Assembly (NCBI GenBank): GCA_036785375.1
Contig: JAWMAR010000531.1
Span: 868,001-932,000 of the forward strand
DNA length: 64,000 bases
Source of the DNA: Leucoraja ocellata
Lineage: Eukaryota
Direction of reading: 5' to 3'
The notes beneath the pieces are model-generated. The model was not told where the DNA came from, made no database searches, and saw only the letters and a program-made list of their open reading frames with translations. A program made the position numbers and the translations under genes. The stretch's first letter is position 1. The number at the start of each line of letters is the position of its first letter. This document shows positions 61,176 to 64,000 of this stretch, one piece after another.

Positions 61176-64000
61176 TCTCTTAAGAAACAAAGAAAATAAG
61201 TTGACCATTTGACCGCGTGGGCAGAAGATACTGATGCAGTCTCCGATTATAACGGTAGATGGCGCTGCCGTACCTTACATCTGTGATGAAGCTCAACGCG
61301 GCCAATTCTGAAATGGGTCAAACGCAATATTGTGTCTGAGGTCACGTACAGGCCAGACCAGCAATAATTGGATTATTTTCCCCTTGAAGGATATATTTGG
61401 GATCCAGTTGTTTTGTAATAATCAATCATACAAACTGATGTTTCTTTTGAAATATTCCAGACACTTAACATAATTTAGATTCCACACCTTCCCTGTTGAA
61501 ATATGTCTGGATATGTGGTCAAGGCCTTTGCGTGATGTGATTTCGGTTTGAAACCATTGCTTATCTTCACTTCCTTCACCTTTGCAGGGAGCGAATAGGA
61601 GGAATCTTTCACTGCATAAAAATATTCTTCTTTCACAGTTTTCCGATTCAGCCACGGTTTAACCAAAGCTTGAGAGGTAACCTCTCCGCTTACTCGATAC
61701 TTCATTCTTTGAAACCTCACATATATCACAGGTTTTTGCTCACTACTCTGTCATTTGCTGAGATAATAGAGCAGCTGGGCTTGTGCACTCTGAAGGATGA
61801 GAGGATATCTCATTGAAACATATACGATTGTTAAGGGTTTGTACACGCTAGAGGCAAAAAACATGTTCCCGATGTTGGAGGAATCCAGAACCAGGGACCA
61901 CAGTTTAAGAATAAGGACTAAGCCATTTAGAACGGAGACGAGGAAATACTTTTTCTCATAGAGAGCGGTGAGTGTGGAATTCTCTGCCTCAGAGGGCAGT
62001 GGAGGCAGGTTCTCTGGATGCTTTCAAGTGAGAACTAGATAGGGCTCTTAAAAATAGCGGAGTCAGGGGATATGGGGAGAGGGTGGGAATGGGGTACTGA
62101 TTGGGGATGATCAGCCATTGAATGGCGGTGCTGGCGCGAAGGGCCGAATGGCCTCATCCTGCACCAATTGTCTGTAGTCTATTGTCTACTCTCGCGATAT
62201 ATCTTTCTACCTTGGCAGATGTGTGCTCATGAACACCAAGTCCCTCGGTTCCTGCGAACTTTGAACCCACATTGCCTCCCCCTCTCCCCCTCCCCTCCAC
62301 ACACGAGGCAAACTATACAAGCTCATACTTCTCTGTGATAGGTTTCATCCATCATTTACCTACTCATTCTCCTGTCATATTGAAGTTTGAAGTGCTCGCT
62401 GAATACTCTCTCTCCCTCTCCTGCGTGTAAGCCGCTATTCCATCATGATTGTTGATGTGAATATATTGCTATTGGTACAGAACATAACTAGTTATGGGGA
62501 TAGTGGAGAATTAAATCATTGGCCAGAATGCTCGTGCATACTGAATGTGAATAATGGGAATGTTACCTCCGGGAGAGACTTTAATATTTTTTTTGGACAA
62601 ACATGAAGACAGTTGCAAACAGGATTTTGTACATTTGAGTGGGTTTTGGTCCCAGGATTTTAGCCCCAGGTTTTCCATCTATCCAATTTGCCAAGGTGTT
62701 GAGTGTCAATGAAAGTCATAATGATTTAAACAACGACGCATGACATAAATAACTGAACATTGTTCTCTTAAAAGAAACAAACAGAAAATCCAATTACAAC
62801 TCATTTTAAACCGAGAACTCTTGTTTGCAGAAACATCGCATACACGTGGACTGTGACAGAAAATACACAGGAATAAATGATATATACATTATACATGTAC
62901 ATCAGAAAGAAAGAAACAAGATTGCGACCAAAAACATAATAAAGAAAAAACAGTGTCGATAGTGTACAAGTTTTGGGGCATAGTGTCCCGTTAGCGAGGC
63001 AGGATTAGGGGTATGTTGGTCCTTCCAAAATCTGGATAGTTGTAGGAATGTAGCTTTTCTTGAACCGGGTGATGTACATTCTGTAGTAGATCTGTAAAAG
63101 TTTGTTGGAATATTTGGAGACAAAAAGTATTTCTTTAAAGTTCTTTGAAAGTAGAGGCATTGACGCTCCTTCGCGGATGCAGTTGTTTGCTGGGCCCGGG
63201 CCACGTCATCCACGATGTTAATGCCTAGAATTTAAAGCAGATAACTCTCTCCACCACTGCTCCATCAATTACTAACTGGCCTGAGGTCCCTGGACTTCCT
63301 CTTTCTGAAGTCAGCGACCAGTTCCGTCTTGTTGCTTTGGAGCGAAAGGTTGTTGTTCTGACACCACTCAACCAAGTGTTCCGTCTCTCTTCTCTATGTT
63401 GACGCAGCACCATCAGTCATTCATCCAAACAGAATGGTGTTGGGGGTGGATCAATAGATTACTTTGGAGCTGTGGGTGTAAAGGAAGTAGAACAGGGTGT
63501 AAATCGCGCAGCCTTGAGATGCGCTGTGTTGCTGGTCAATGGGGAGGAGATGATGTTCCCCATCCGCACTCGCTCACTTGAAGCTAATTCACCAAACAGT
63601 AAAATGGTGACTAATCTGATTGTAACCACTGAGCTGTAGTCCCATGCACCTCTGGTAACATATCACTACCCCACCTTGTTAATTATGAATATTTCTACCT
63701 TTGGAAAAAAATAAATACTGCTTCTACCACATTTTCAGAAACGTAATTGATGAGGCTTTCTCCATTCTGAGAGATGTGTTTTGTTTCTTCACTTTTTGAA
63801 GTAGGCATTTATTTTTGTGTAACCGGTGACGTTTAGTTTTAGATTACCCCAGCCGAATTGTCCTCACCCTTCACATGCTGTTAAGACCCCGCATAATCAC
63901 CTGTGCTTCAATTAAAGCAACTCTCATGCTTCAAATTGTCGAGCACTCGCTCGTTGCAGATATGGGTCTAATAGTAATAATTTTCTGAATTGCTTCAAAG

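Larger units (their letters stand above)
1..64000 (+). repeat. Tandem segmental array: U1 1-14000, U2 14001-28157, U3 28158-41694, U4 41695-56760, U5 56761->64000 (partial)
   Basis: The same ordered series of sequences and ORFs recurs. Periods measured at the poly(A) signal are 14000, 14157, 13537 and 15066 bp. Confidence 0.97.

Overview
This window is vertebrate genomic DNA, most likely from a cartilaginous fish (skate/ray-like, inferred from the Ig gene type and the repeat families). It is a head-to-tail tandem array of ~13.5-15 kb units, with poly(A) signals at 21, 14021, 28178, 41715 and 56781. Each complete unit carries one immunoglobulin light-chain cluster of the lambda / elasmobranch type II class: octamer promoter, leader exon, one exon in which V and J are already fused in frame with no RSS between them, a ~2.4 kb J-C intron, a C exon and AATAAA. 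Four clusters are complete (G1 10611-13841, G2 24770-27998, G3 38339-41535, G4 53374-56601). The window starts in the 3' UTR of an upstream cluster and ends part-way through another unit. G3 has a +1 C insertion at the start of its C exon, giving a frameshift and an early stop. The four VJ exons are the same length and differ mainly in the CDRs, and the units are mosaics of each other. The spacers are mostly nested, decayed retrotransposons (L1/Tx1-like, CR1-like, Rex1/Babar-like, an L2-tailed SINE-like element, Penelope-like remnants). One unit has a private non-autonomous Helitron, and there is a 146-N gap at a (TAA)n microsatellite. No prokaryotic features, CRISPR arrays or RNA genes were seen.
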